This document shows, one piece after another, positions 30,481 to 43,447 of a DNA stretch of 64,000 bases. The DNA is from Amoebidium appalachense (lineage: Eukaryota > Protista > Ichthyosporea): assembly GCA_963693365.1 (NCBI GenBank), contig CAVNZM010000004.1, positions 5,892,564 to 5,956,563 of the forward strand, given 5' to 3'. Positions within the stretch are counted from its first letter, which is position 1, and every line of letters starts with the position of its first letter. The translations under genes and the position numbers were made by a program. Below the pieces are notes generated by a model. That model searched no databases, was not told the DNA's origin, and saw only the letters and a program-made list of their open reading frames with translations.

Positions 30481-31657
30481 TGGGTGGAAGGGGGAAGTGG
30501 GGGGGGGGGGGGAGGGGAGGGGGGCCGGGGGGGGGGGGGGGGGGGGGGGGGGAGGGGGGGGAAGAGAGGGGTGGGGTGAGAGGGAAACGCCGAAATATAT
30601 CCGCCAGTGTGCCCGTCTGACTGCACTACCTCCCTCCCCCCACCTCTGCAGGGGTGGAAGTGGCGAAAAGGTAGTAAATGTACAACACGGCGTCACGGGA
30701 GGGGCGCAGCCTGTAAAACATCCTTGTAACTTGAGTACCTTGAATATGCCACATCGTCCGATGGTGATGATACATTACAATATATGTTTTTAAACTGACT
30801 ACAGTCAAAACCATTCATACCTGATGCATGCAGCACATGTGTAGCAATAGCTGCCCCTTCTGGAGTTACAAAACTCTGAAATGTCCCAGTGCAATTGCGG
30901 GGTTACTAACGAGACTGCATTGCGATCTTCGCATACATGCTGTTGCACGAAACATGTAAGAAACAGTTAGCTGCTAATGTTATACTGTTGTGTGGTTTGC
31001 GGGCATGCGGGTGTTAGGGTTCTCTAGTGGACAGTTAGGACACACTTGTTCTTCGTTCAATTGTATTCGTCTTCTGTACGCTCTGCACAGCATTGCGTGG
31101 GATGTACACAGAGTGCTTTCCAGACTGTTCGCGGAATGAGCTACTCTAAGATCACATCATATATCAATATCTATAAATAGATCACATTATGGGCCGCCTG
31201 TGGCTCAGAGACACTACATATCTCCCCCCTCAAAATCCTTCGTCCCGAAGGATTACCTATGTGTACACCCACGACTTTTCTTATGTACATCAGCATTATT
31301 AGATATTTCTGTATATCTCAAATTATCAAATTTTGAATCAATAAAGTCATTTTAAAAAAAAAAAAATTCATACCAGTGATTCATTGGTTCATTATCATGG
31401 GGAGGCTGTATTTCGTTATCTCTGCCATATATTCTTTCGAATTCTGCTATTAATTTAGCACATGCTCTCAATTCATTCTTAGTCATCCATATAGTAAGAA
31501 AAGCACTGAAAAGGGAGAGGGGTGCATTAAATTTTCACGACTAATGGAAAAATAAAGCCATTGGTGGCCCATGTGAGAGCACCTAATAGTAGTACACCAC
31601 TGCAGCACATCACTTTCAAAAAAAGGGGAAAAAGGGTAAAACATGGTGCTGAGATAT

Positions 31658-32198
31658 CTAGCCGAAGACCAGCAGGAGCAGGGCGTATGCCATGGTCAGG
31701 GCCAGGGCCAGGGCCAGCAGGCTGAAGGGCCCAGCCGAGCGCACAAAGTCCATGGCATGCAGGTAGGGCCGCCCAGCGCTGTCCTCGGCACACAGCGAGT
31801 TGATGTTGGGGAACGACGACGTCGGCTATTAGGGGGGGGGGGGGGGTCAGCTGGGTGCTTGTCTCAATCACAGGGCATGAAAGGCCTTATGAACTCAGGT
31901 TAACAATTGTGGAAAAGCAGAGAGATGGAATTCCATGGTACGACAAAGAAGGGAATAGACTAAGTGTGTACTAATGTCACTGGGTGTTGGACAAAGGACT
32001 CTGGAAATCGTGTTTCTGGCATGCGTACATGCAGGACATGATGGTTAAAGAGAAGAGGGAGGTGAGGGGACGGGCAGGGGTAAGAAGGGTAAAAAGGGTC
32101 GGTTGGATAAAGGGTGAGCCTTTAATTTTCTAGTTTCCCCTGTCCATCTTAGACTACTTGTTTCTCTATTGAGGGTGTGGGGGATGGCAGAGTGGTGG

Positions 32199-32255
<57 letters not shown>

Positions 32256-32387
32256 GGGGAGGGGGAGGGGGGGGGGGGGGGGGGGTAAAATGTGTTACAG
32301 TTTATGAAGTACACATCCGCGACGGGCAACACATTATAGTTTTTGCGAAGCACGCACGGGGAGTACACAGTAAATAGAGCCCATCCT

Positions 32388-32434
<47 letters not shown>

Positions 32435-32885
32435 GGGTATATGAATGTTACCAGAGCCATTGCGGCTGAAAACATGAAGGCCGCACCCACCACCAGCACC
32501 TGTGGATTGTCCAGCTCCTGCACACCATACATACGGGGTCATCAGGCAGCAGGACCATGCAGGCATCATAACACAACACCTCACTGTCTGCCTGTCTCTC
32601 CTCTTCCCCTCTCTCCCAACTCCTCCTGTAACTGTAGCCCTTAAAGAGCATGGCTTTATAGTATTTAATCTACACTTTCATCACGTGTATTCTCCAGCCA
32701 GTATAGATACCATCAGACGCCCCACCGGTAACATTTCGACCAAAAATGCATGGGGTATGCTAACAATAATAACAAAAGGCTGCATAATCGATTCTGCAGC
32801 AATAGCATTGGGGGATGCAGATGAGGATAGGGGTGGGTGGGTGAAGCTGTGTGGTGGTCCGGGGCAAGGGGAGAAGGGGGAAGAA

Positions 32886-32916
<31 letters not shown>

Positions 32917-35209
32917 GGGGGGGGGGAGGGGGATCAGACATCAAAGTACCAGGGAAGCGCAGAAGTATAGGGGAATGTGTGAAGAGGTGAGGCGTTGGTG
33001 TGAAGGGCGCCGTAGGGTGAAATATGCAAGTATAAGTCACCAACAACACACAAAAAAGGAGCAACACAACAGAAACATCAAAAAAATGCATACATTCATG
33101 AGACACTTGACCAGAGTTCTTCAACAGCGCGGGCGGGTTGGTTGGGTTTCTTTCTTTTTCTTTAAGGCTTTTTCTTTCTTTCTTCCTTTCTTTTTTTTTG
33201 GGTGGGTGGGGGTGGGTGTGGGGGGGAAGGAGGGGGCGGGGGAGGAAGGGGCGGGGGAGGAAGGGGCGGGGGCGGGGGGCGGGGGGGGGGGTAGAAGGTG
33301 TTGCAAGCACTGAGTAAGCATTCACAACGGACAGCACAACGCAGCAACATACAACACAATCCAGATTTTGAAGCCAAGGAACCAAAAACCGAAAATAATA
33401 AGGGGGAGGAGGAGAGGGAGCTCCACACAGACCTTGCCAATAGATACAATCATAGGGCTTAGCACAATGGCCCCGACCGTGTGGGATAGGGGGGTGGTGG
33501 CCACCAGACACAGTGACGTGATGGCTGCAAACGCACCCCACGGGCTAAGCGCCTGTATGGGTGTGTGGTCAGGAAAGTGCGCAAAGATGAGGGCGGGGGG
33601 AGGGGGGGGGGGGGGAGGGGGGGGAGGGGGAGGAGAGGAGGGGAGGAGTGGAGTGGAGGGGAGCAAGGGAGAGAGAGAAGGGGGAAGGCGAAGAGTGGGT
33701 GGGGCGGGGGGGGGGGGGGGGGCAGGGGGGGTTTGTAACTGTTCATGATGGGGGGTCTCGACATGCCATTGGATCGGCTGTTGGATGCTTGGGGGCAGGC
33801 AGGAGGGGGAGGCGGAAAGGGGTGGTAGGGTGGAGGGGCACTGACTGTGTGACCATTCAAGACAGAAACCAGAAGCATATCTATGGTTTGATGGCTGTGT
33901 TTAATGGTTTCAGTGGGGAGTGGGGAGCAAGAACCCGCAGAGGGGGGAGGGGGGGGGAGGGGGGGGGGGGGGGAAGGGGGGGGGGGGGGGGGGGGTGGCT
34001 GAGCAGAAGGGGGGCTGCATGTGTGTGTGTGTTTGAGTGAGGGAGTGAGTGCGTGAGAGTGTGTGTGTGCGTGAGTGTGTGAGTGTGTGAGAGTGTGTGT
34101 CCATTGGTGCATGTATATGCATATGTGTGGATGTATGCACGTGCATTGTGGGTGCATGCATGCCCGTGTGTGTGTGTGCGCGCGCGCGTGCGCGCTCGCG
34201 CGTGTGTGCTCGCGCGTGTGTGCTTGTGTGTCTGCGTGAGTGCATGTGTGTGCCTGTGTGCATGTGTGTGCCTGTGTGGTTGCATGCTGCCTACCCTCAG
34301 TCCGGGCACAGCCGTGCCAGCGACTATGTCCAGCAGCTTTGCCTCTGCCACGGCAGCACCCAGCACGTTGCCGCCAGCAATCAGCATAATCAGGTTCCAC
34401 CCTGCAGCACCACGTCAGTTCGCTATAACTCCCTCATCCAAATAGCAGGTGCATTTATATTGAATCCCTGCCAGCTAGCAAACTTAACCCAAGTACAGGG
34501 TGGTATACAATACCGTTTAAAACTACATAAAAAGAGACTATAAACAACACTATAAGTAGCAAGGCTTCGAGGCATTGAATCACACAATCCTCGCAAGCAC
34601 AGGCATGGCCACACACCATCCATAACCCCCCCCCCCCTCCCCCCTTCCCCCCCCCCCCCTCCCCCGCCGCCGCCTCTCCCCTCCCCACCCCATCTCCACC
34701 CCCACATGTGTTGCAGGTGCATTTTTGTTGTTGTGTTTAGACCTACCGAACGCCAAAAAGTCGTCCTTAGTCAGGACACCAGTGGACAGGAATATGCCCA
34801 GGGGCAGCATGGCCACTATGCCCATGTCCCCCAGCACCTGCTTGGTCAGCCCCAACGTGCACCTGCAAAAACAACATCCATTTGTGAGAAGTGGAATCGC
34901 ATTACGCCGGGGGAGGGGGGGGGGGGAGGGGGAGGGGGATAACTTGATGGTGCAGGGTGGTGTGATGCTTATGGCAAATCCTGATGCATTACATCGTATG
35001 TGTGTTTGTCTGCCCACACAAATGCTTACTAAAAATTGTCCCTTTCTTGTCTATTACTCTGCAGGTGTGCGAGTGTGTGAAGGTGTGTTTTTGAGTGCAC
35101 AGTGCAGGCATGTGTGCTTACGACTGTGAGCCTGACGGTGTGACGGTGTGATGGCGTGTGTACCTGTATGGGTGTGTGTGCGTGTGTGCGTGTGTGCGTG
35201 TGTGCGTGC

Positions 35210-35261
<52 letters not shown>

Positions 35262-36106
35262 ACGCATATGTGTATTGGTTTGTTCTTGTGCACGCGAGTG
35301 TGGGTGTACGATTAGTTCATGCAGGTATTTCTTTTGTTTATATATATATATATATATGTATGTATATGTATATTGGTGGGGGGGGGGGGGGGGGGGGGGG
35401 GAGGGGCAGGGAGGGGGGAGGAAGGTTGGGATTATCCCTTTTTCTGTCTTGGAGTGCACACTGACTTACTTAGCACACTCACTTTCGCACCCTTTTGCAT
35501 ACCACCCACACCACCCATTTCCCACACTTACCACAGCAATATGGTGACTGCCGATGTGACCAGCACGATCCACTCAAAGGGGCCCAGGGGCCTTGTGGGG
35601 TGTGGAGGCAGGGGGGGGATGGCTGCCAGATCGTTTGGCTTGAGTAGCACTAGGAGGTAGGCCCAGGCCAGTACAAGGAGCACTAGACAGAACGGTAGGG
35701 ACACCTGCAAATTACATTTCCCAGGTATGATTGATCCGTGTGTCTGTTGCAGAACAACAGGTACACTTGGAATTTATGAGGAGAGGAGAAGGATAGCATG
35801 TGGGTGGCTGACAATGCTAATGGTAGGCAAATCAATCAATGAATCGGCCAGCATTACTTTCTTTACCTGTAGACATCAGTCCAGGTCCTGTCGTGCCTAA
35901 GTGACTGATTGAGGGCAAGCATCTGGCATGCCTTATGTACGTGTGCTTGGCTGGAGTTGGGACATCTCTGTGGCCTCTGTGTGGCCGTGAACGTGTGTGT
36001 TTGCATGCATTTGTACGCGCACCTGTGTACAAGTGTGGGCTTTGTGTGTGTGTACCCCTGTGTGTGCGTGTGTGTGAAAGTGTGTGCGTGTCTGTGAGTT
36101 TTTGCG

Positions 36107-36196
<90 letters not shown>

Positions 36197-37300
36197 TGTG
36201 CGTGTGTGGATGTGTTTAGTGAGTGAGTGACGTGAGCAACTAATTCTACATACCGCCATCCACTGGACAAAGGATACGCCGAATCCAGCCTTGTCCAGGG
36301 CCCCCAGTGCTATTGCGTTCTGAGGGGATGAGATGGGCGACAGCATGCCCCCGATGTTGCAGGCAAGCGCAAGCCCAAGCAGCGTGGCCTGGAGGGTCAC
36401 TGTGTGTGAGTTTCATAGCCTCCCCCCCCCCCCCCCCCCCTCCCCCCCCCCTCCTTCCACCTCCCCCTCCCCCCAACCCTTCCCCCCAAGTCACGAAAAC
36501 TCAACGACATTCCACCTGTTCACACCTTTTCCCCCATTCCGTACCACATTTCCCCCTTCTGTCTTTGAACTGGAATTATACTTTCCATGGGGCACTAAGT
36601 ATAGTTTGAGTGTGAATGCACTCTGCTTCATCTCATGCTTCAGAATAATTTGTAAAACATCAAGGAGCTTCCCGCTATAGCTTTGTAGCCCCATTTCCCC
36701 AATGCATCTCATGCGCAGCAAGGCCACACACACACCTACATGCACAGCAAGCGGCGAGCATGGTTTTCCGAACAGCGTACCACCACGTGCAACACACACA
36801 CACACGCTCAAACGTTCATACACACACATTCACCTCTCAGACCCATAGCTCACCATCACCTCCCAACCAGCAACGTTTCCCACCCACCTTCCACCTCCCC
36901 CCCCCCCCCCCACACACACACACACACACATCTACCCCCCTCCCCGCTCTCCCCCCCCCCTCCCCCCGCGCACCCACCCACCTTTGCGTATCTGCTGTTT
37001 GTGGGCAGGCTGTGGAGCAGAGGCATGACCACGGACAGACACAGCACTGGTGCCGCCTGCACGTGCAAACATCAGCACCACTGCCCTTTAACAGCTTTGT
37101 CCACACAACCCAACGTGCCTGCTCTCCCTTCTTATCGCTCTCCTTCGCCTGCCGCCACAGTGCAAGTGACCAGTTTCTCCTCAAGTCTACATTTTCCCCC
37201 TTGTTACAATACAAGCCCATTTTCGACTCTGCTGCTATAGATCGAACCCCCTTCCTTCCTTGCCCCTCCCCCTTCCCCCCTTCCCCCCCCCCCCCCCCAA

Positions 37301-37384
<84 letters not shown>

Positions 37385-38251
37385 GGCCCTGGCCAATACT
37401 TCAGCACCATAGTCCACACGTTCTTGCAAACTTGTAACATATGCATTACCCACAGCCCTCCCCCCCCCATCTCCCCTCCACACACACCTCTGCCCCCCCC
37501 ACCACCACTACCCCTCTTACCTCCTCCCCCTCCCCCCCCCCCCCCCCCCCCCCCCCCCCGGGCCCCCCACCCACCCTTTCCGTCTCAACCACACACACAC
37601 ACACGCCACCACCATCACCACCACCAACAAGAAATTCAAAAAATAGACTACAAAGAAAAAACGATGAAAGACAAGATCACTTTACCACGTTGGAGATGAA
37701 CATTGAGAAGAACCAGCCCACGGCCATGAGACTCAGCAGGAACAGGCGGGGACGATGGCCCAGCCACATGCGCAGCACACCAATCAGCCGCTTCTCAAAC
37801 CCGTACTTGCTGAACGCAGACGACATGCTAAATCCTGTGTGTGCGTGTACGTGTGTGTGTACGTGTGTACGTGTGTGTGTACGTGTGTGTGTACGTGTGT
37901 GTGTACGTGTGTACGTGTGTGTATTTGTTTGTGTGCGTTTGTGCGCTTACACGTGCTGGGATGTGTGGGTAGTAGTGGGGAAAGAGGGTTAATGGCATGT
38001 CAGATAATGTTTACAATGCATATGGTTTCCTCGAATAAACCAAGTATGGAGTCTCTGAACACGGTGATGTGGCTAGAGGAATGCTTCGTGGCTATGGGGG
38101 ACATGGTCTAATATTTGTTCCTATGTTACTGTGAAGAGGTGGATAGACCCCCCCCAAGGGGTGTCCTCTTGTAATCTTTTATCAATACGATGAGTCCTTG
38201 TCAGCAGCTTCATGCAAAATAAATAACAACGGATCATTGCACCTCCCCCGC

Positions 38252-38283
<32 letters not shown>

Positions 38284-38586
38284 CCCCTCCCCCTCCCCCC
38301 CCCCCCCCCCCCCCCCGGACACACACACATCACACACACTCACATCCACAAAACAAGCTTTCCCCCCCCCTCCTCCCCCCCCCTTCCCCCCCCCCCCCTG
38401 TTTCTCTTAACACCCCCCCCCCCCTCCTCCTCCCCCCCCCCCAAAAAAGAAGCCCCCCCAACCTCGGGAAAAGCAACCAAAAAAAAAAAAAAAAAAAAAA
38501 AAAGCAAAATGAAGAGAATTCTCAGAAATCAATTAACAGAACAAAGTGCACACCCAAACAGTCTAAGGCACAGCCGCCACATTCAA

Positions 38587-38617
<31 letters not shown>

Positions 38618-38997
38618 AAAAACAAAAAAAAAAACCTCCACCCCTCCACCCCTAAGTGCACCACAACTACCCCCATCCACGTGCACGTGCCTCCCAGGAC
38701 CAGGGCTGTGGTGTGGTTGAACATGTGCTCAAACACAGTCTGGGCAGCCTCTGGGGCAGGCACGGAGTAGATGCGGAACAGAACGGTCAGCACGGGGATC
38801 AGGATGGCTGTCACGTAGAAGGGGAGGGCCTCGGTCACCCACAGAACTATTACACCAGATACCATTGCCAGGCTGTGTGTGTGTGTGTGGGGGAGGGGGG
38901 GGGGGAGGGGGGAGGGGAGAGGTTGGGGGAGGGGGGAGGGGGGAAGGGAGGGAGGGGGGTTTAAATGTGTAAGTGTGTGTGTGTATGTGTGTGTGTG

Positions 38998-39050
<53 letters not shown>

Positions 39051-41332
39051 CGTGCGCGCGCGCGTGTGTGTGTGCGTGTGTGGGCGCGTGTGTGTATGTG
39101 TGGTTGAGCGGGAGGGATGGTGGTGGTAGTGGTGGTAGTGGTGGTGGTGGAGGGGGGGAGCAAGAGGGGGGGGGGGGAGGGGGGGGGGGGGGGGTGAGGT
39201 TAGAATTCATTACGGAGTACGAGATATGTATTCCCGACCAACAGAAATGCGGAGGTGAAGTAGCAAGCAGCATGCAAGGGAGATTTTTTTTTGGGGGGTG
39301 GGGGGGGAAGGGGGGGGGGGGGGGGGGGGGGGTTGTTTCACATTATGAGGAACAAATTTGCAACAATATTTTGGAGCAACATGTAACATGCGATTATACA
39401 TTATATTCAATATTCTTAGAGCCCATTTCCTGCCGGCAGGGGGGGAGGATGGGGGGCCGGAATTGGGAGGAAAGGAGTAGAGAGGGTCTGTTCTTGAATT
39501 GTGGGGACAAAGTAGTGAAGGAGATGGGTTGGACGAAGAGGGAAGAAAAGGGATTTGCAAAGGAGCAGGAATGGAGCGATGGGAGAGTGTATGGAGGGGC
39601 TGTGCATGTGAATGCAGTGATGGTGGCTGTGGGAGCAAAGTGTGCGAGAATAGCATACTTACACTGGGAGCAAAAGCAAGTCAGGGTAGGCAGCAGGCCG
39701 GAAGGGAGAAGGGTAAGCATGATGAAAGGGGGGGGGAGGGGGGGGGGAGGGGGGGAGGAAGGGCTGGGGGGGGGGGGGGGGGGTGGGAGGAGGGGAGCGA
39801 AATTAGCACACGGTAGAAGTCCTAACATGCACGGCGAAAAGCACGTTTCTGCTTGGCACACACAGGTGTGCCTGCCTCCACAACCAAGCGCGCACAAAAA
39901 AACACCCACAGATCTCCCCACGCACCATCTGTTTGCCGGGCCCTGGTCCTTGCCCATGACTGGGACAATGAGCAGCAGGGCGGTGACCACTATGGCCAGC
40001 CCCAGCCACCTCTTCTTCCAGGCCCACCGCACTTGCACCTCCTCCTGGGTCAGGCTAGGCCCGGCTAGTGTCTTGCCTGTCACCTGCATACACAAGAGAG
40101 CCTGGTTACATTTGTTTGGAAACACAGCAGGTGGCTGCCATCACTCACCCTTGTTGTTACCCTCCCATACCACCTCTGCACCGTTTCCTCCCACAAAGCC
40201 TCCCGTGTCTAAAGGATGTGGGCTCCCAATGGCTTTCCGCCACCAGTTACCAGAAATAGAAACAGCAAAACATGAATATATCATGAATAGATTCGACTTG
40301 ACCATTTGCCAAGCTAATCTCCCTTCTCAAGGCAATAAAGTATATTTGGCTTTTAAGCGCCAACAGCACCGGGTGAAAGAATTGGGCTTGCTTGCAAGGA
40401 GACGGACAAAGGCATGCGGGTGATATGAGCCTATGCAGTTGGGATAGACGGCGAGGACGGAAAGCCGCCTTTACAGGTGGAGGTGACGGGGCGGGGAGTG
40501 GTAGGGGGGGTGTGAAGGGGGTGATGTATGCGTTAGAGGTTTGGAAATATGGAGGAAACAACAAAAAGCAACAACAAAAACGTCACAAAAATGAGAAACA
40601 CTAACTCAAACAATTTGAGAGTGCAGGCAGAAGACCCTTGAACAAAGCCCACCGTTAGACAGAGGGGGGAGGGGGGTGTGGGGGGGAGGGGGGGGGGGGG
40701 GGGGGAGGGAATCAGAGAACCTCTTTCAAGCATACCTGCGAAAACTTCATAGATATGTTGTCCAGCAGAGAATTTAGATCCACCATGGACACAAACACAC
40801 TGCGCTCAAACTCCATGCGCAGCTCGTTGAAGGGGCCCGAGTGCATCTTGCCCTTGAGCCGGTTGAGTATGCTCTTGAACGCCGCCGCTGTGTGCAGGCA
40901 TTTGTCCCGTAGCTGCCGAGCGTCTGCGTGCAGCTCTGCTAACCGTGTGCCTGGATCACCATCCCTACGTGTGCCCAACGGCTGGAGCTCGACCTCAGCA
41001 GAGTCCACCTGCCCCACCACATCACTGTATCTGGCCAGCAGCTCCCCCACCCTCTGCCTGTACGCCGCCTCTATCCTTTCCAGCTCCTGCTCAAACAGTG
41101 GCGCAAACTCGTTCTCCTGCTCCAAGTCATCATCACCTTGGCCCGAGGTCCAGGACCACTGCAGAAGGCCCCACTCTGCATCCCCCTCCCCATTGCCATT
41201 ATAGTGCCTGTTATCGTGGCTGACCGTAAGCCTCTCCACGGCCTCCAGAAAATCCTCCGTCACCTCCAGGTCAGCCATGCTGACTGTGTCTGGCTTTGCC
41301 CCCTTTGGAACAGGCGCTAGTGTTGGCTGCAT
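31658..41332 (-). CDS. Pho87/Pho90/Pho91-like low-affinity phosphate transporter (degenerate SPX-like N-terminus + SLC13/DASS permease), >=13 exons
   Basis: Approximate exons: 40736-41332 ([15 protein letters not shown]-like), 40149-40208 ([10 protein letters not shown]), 39927-40083, 38691-38871 ([17 protein letters not shown]), 37686-37834 ([18 protein letters not shown]), 36982-37056 (AAPVLC), 36254-36388 ([19 protein letters not shown]), 35532-35704, 34748-34862 (GDMGIVA..LTKDDF), 34295-34401 ([14 protein letters not shown]), 33433-33552 (SHTVGAI), 32452-32517, 31658-31825 (PTSSFPNIN...VFG*). An in-frame TGA upstream points to the ATG at 41332 as the start. Confidence 0.92.
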
Positions 41333-42439
41333 CGATATGCTGGCCAAAGTTCACTGTTGTCGCCTGTGAAACCCGGAGCAATCTCAAACGCGGTCCTGGC
41401 GACCTAGATCCTTGTATTTGAAAGGTCTATTGCTGTATATCGCTCAAACAATAATGCACTGTAAACGCCCATATAGTTTCTATATGGACACGGACGTAAT
41501 GGATACTGCTTCTCAGCTTAGGTGATGCTGTCACTTCTTGATCCAGTGCACAGTTCTTCAGCAGACCTGCAACCCTACCGCACCAACACGCCTTACACCA
41601 AGCGTACACAAACGCTGCTCGTTGTTGCTCAACAAAGTTGTCTCACCTTCAGTGATATAAACAAGACGTATATGGAATGAAAACAACCTTCTGCATTATA
41701 CAACAAGAAAACGTGGCAAACACAGTTGACTCCCCACTATCAATTGACCACGAAAGTGCTTCGACGTCGCTTGGACTGAAGGTGGTGAAGGTTGAGCTTG
41801 AAGGGTGACCGATGCGAATTGCAGAAATTTGAGCGTAAATGTGATTGGATGGGACGACACCCACTAGCGACCAATCAGCAGCTAGTAAATGATCACGAGG
41901 CTCAACCACCGACCCAGGCTCAATAGACTCTCGGAGCATTGCTAATAGATAGATGAATGTGTACAGCAGCATGAAAATGAATATTTTATAAAATTTAGAC
42001 AGCCTGCGGGCCTTTCGGGTGAAGATATCCCTTTTCTAAAGCTCAACTGGGTCCACACTCCACAGATCTTATCAATTTGAATCCCTCTCATTCGGTCGTA
42101 CTTCGGTCCAGTCATTCCTTTGATTTTATTGGTCTCAGATCTAGAATAAGCAGAATAAATTCCTCAGCAACTCAGTAAGATTCCAACAAGGAAGTTGCAT
42201 TCAAATTCGCCAATCACAAAATAACTTAAGTGTGCAGAAACCCATAAATTTCTAAAATATTAGCCATTAAACTATGATACAATCCATTTAAGTGCTATAC
42301 ATCTGATTATATTTACAATATATAGAAGATTTAACAGTGCAAATACCTCTAATAGTGATGAAATAATGTTTACGCTCAGAGCACCCGCAGAAAAGAAAGC
42401 GTTTCGATTTTGATCTAGGGAGAGACCATGCCGTACCTC

Positions 42440-42447
42440 TGACGTCA
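42440..42447. promoter_or_regulatory. Perfect CRE palindrome TGACGTCA in the divergent permease/TypA promoter region
   Basis: It lies 139 bp upstream of the TypA ATG. CCAAT/ATTGG boxes at 41844, 41871 and 42210 are in the same intergenic region. Confidence 0.4.
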
Positions 42448-42578
42448 CCATGTCTTTCCACATGGCTCGCCTCGCCCCGCTCTTCGTTTCAGCTCCGCCG
42501 TTTTGTGCCTGTGTGTGTGAGGGTGAGGGTTAGCCACCAAACAGAAAAGGGCTTATAGCATAAGCCAGAGCCTGAAAA

Positions 42579-43375
42579 ATGGCGGTGATTGGGAGGCTGG
42601 GCAGCGCCCTTGGCAGGTGGGTGGCAGGGCTCCTTCGCGATCATGGGTGACTTGGAGGGATTCTAGAAAAGAGGAGCAGTGCAGGATTTGGGGCCAAAGA
42701 GCGGGCTGGGGGTTGAAAGAGGGAAAGCGCAGCTGTGTAAGTGTGTGTGCCTTGGTTAAAAAAGTAATAAGGGGGATAAGTGAGTTTATGGATGTTAAAT
42801 TGTTCCCCGGACCCAATTACAGCACGTTCATGCGACTTCCATGTTCGGCAATAAACAGATTAGCATGCTGTGCTGTGTTGACCCTGCTGTTGTTGGCACA
42901 GAACGGCCGGGTTCTTTCCCGTTGCGGTGTCGGCGTTTTCGACCGGCTGCTCTGGAGCTACCAGCACACAGCCTCGGTTGCTCGCTGTGGGTCTTCTGCG
43001 GAGACACTGCAGCACCTCTGCAAAACCGACCAAGCAGGTGGGTGAGGGTGAGGTTGGTGAAGCAACGCTTTCATGTTCTCTCACGGCTATTGTGTAGGGC
43101 GAGTCGATCTCACGCTCTCACTAGCAAGATCATCCATCTGTAGGTGCCCAAGGATACACACATCTACGGCACACACTCACTCACTCACACACACACACAT
43201 ACACACACACACACTCTGTCTCTCTCTCTCTCTCTCTCTCTCGCACACGCTTACACACACGTGCACACACACACACACACACACAGGGGCACAAAGTGGC
43301 ACACGCACGCACGCATGCACACACACACACACACACACACAAACACATACACACACACACACACACAAACACACG

Positions 43376-43447
<72 letters not shown>

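Noticed and set aside
32681-32830. Intronic frame containing SSASPNAIA, resembling the permease SSPQNAIA motif (possible duplicated exon)
   Set aside because: It has no convincing splice sites, and the flanking exons already join in phase. Probably chance.
38879-40423. 514-aa plus-strand ORF, the longest in the track
   Set aside because: It is antisense to the permease and built from G/TG-rich intron sequence, with no recognisable domain.
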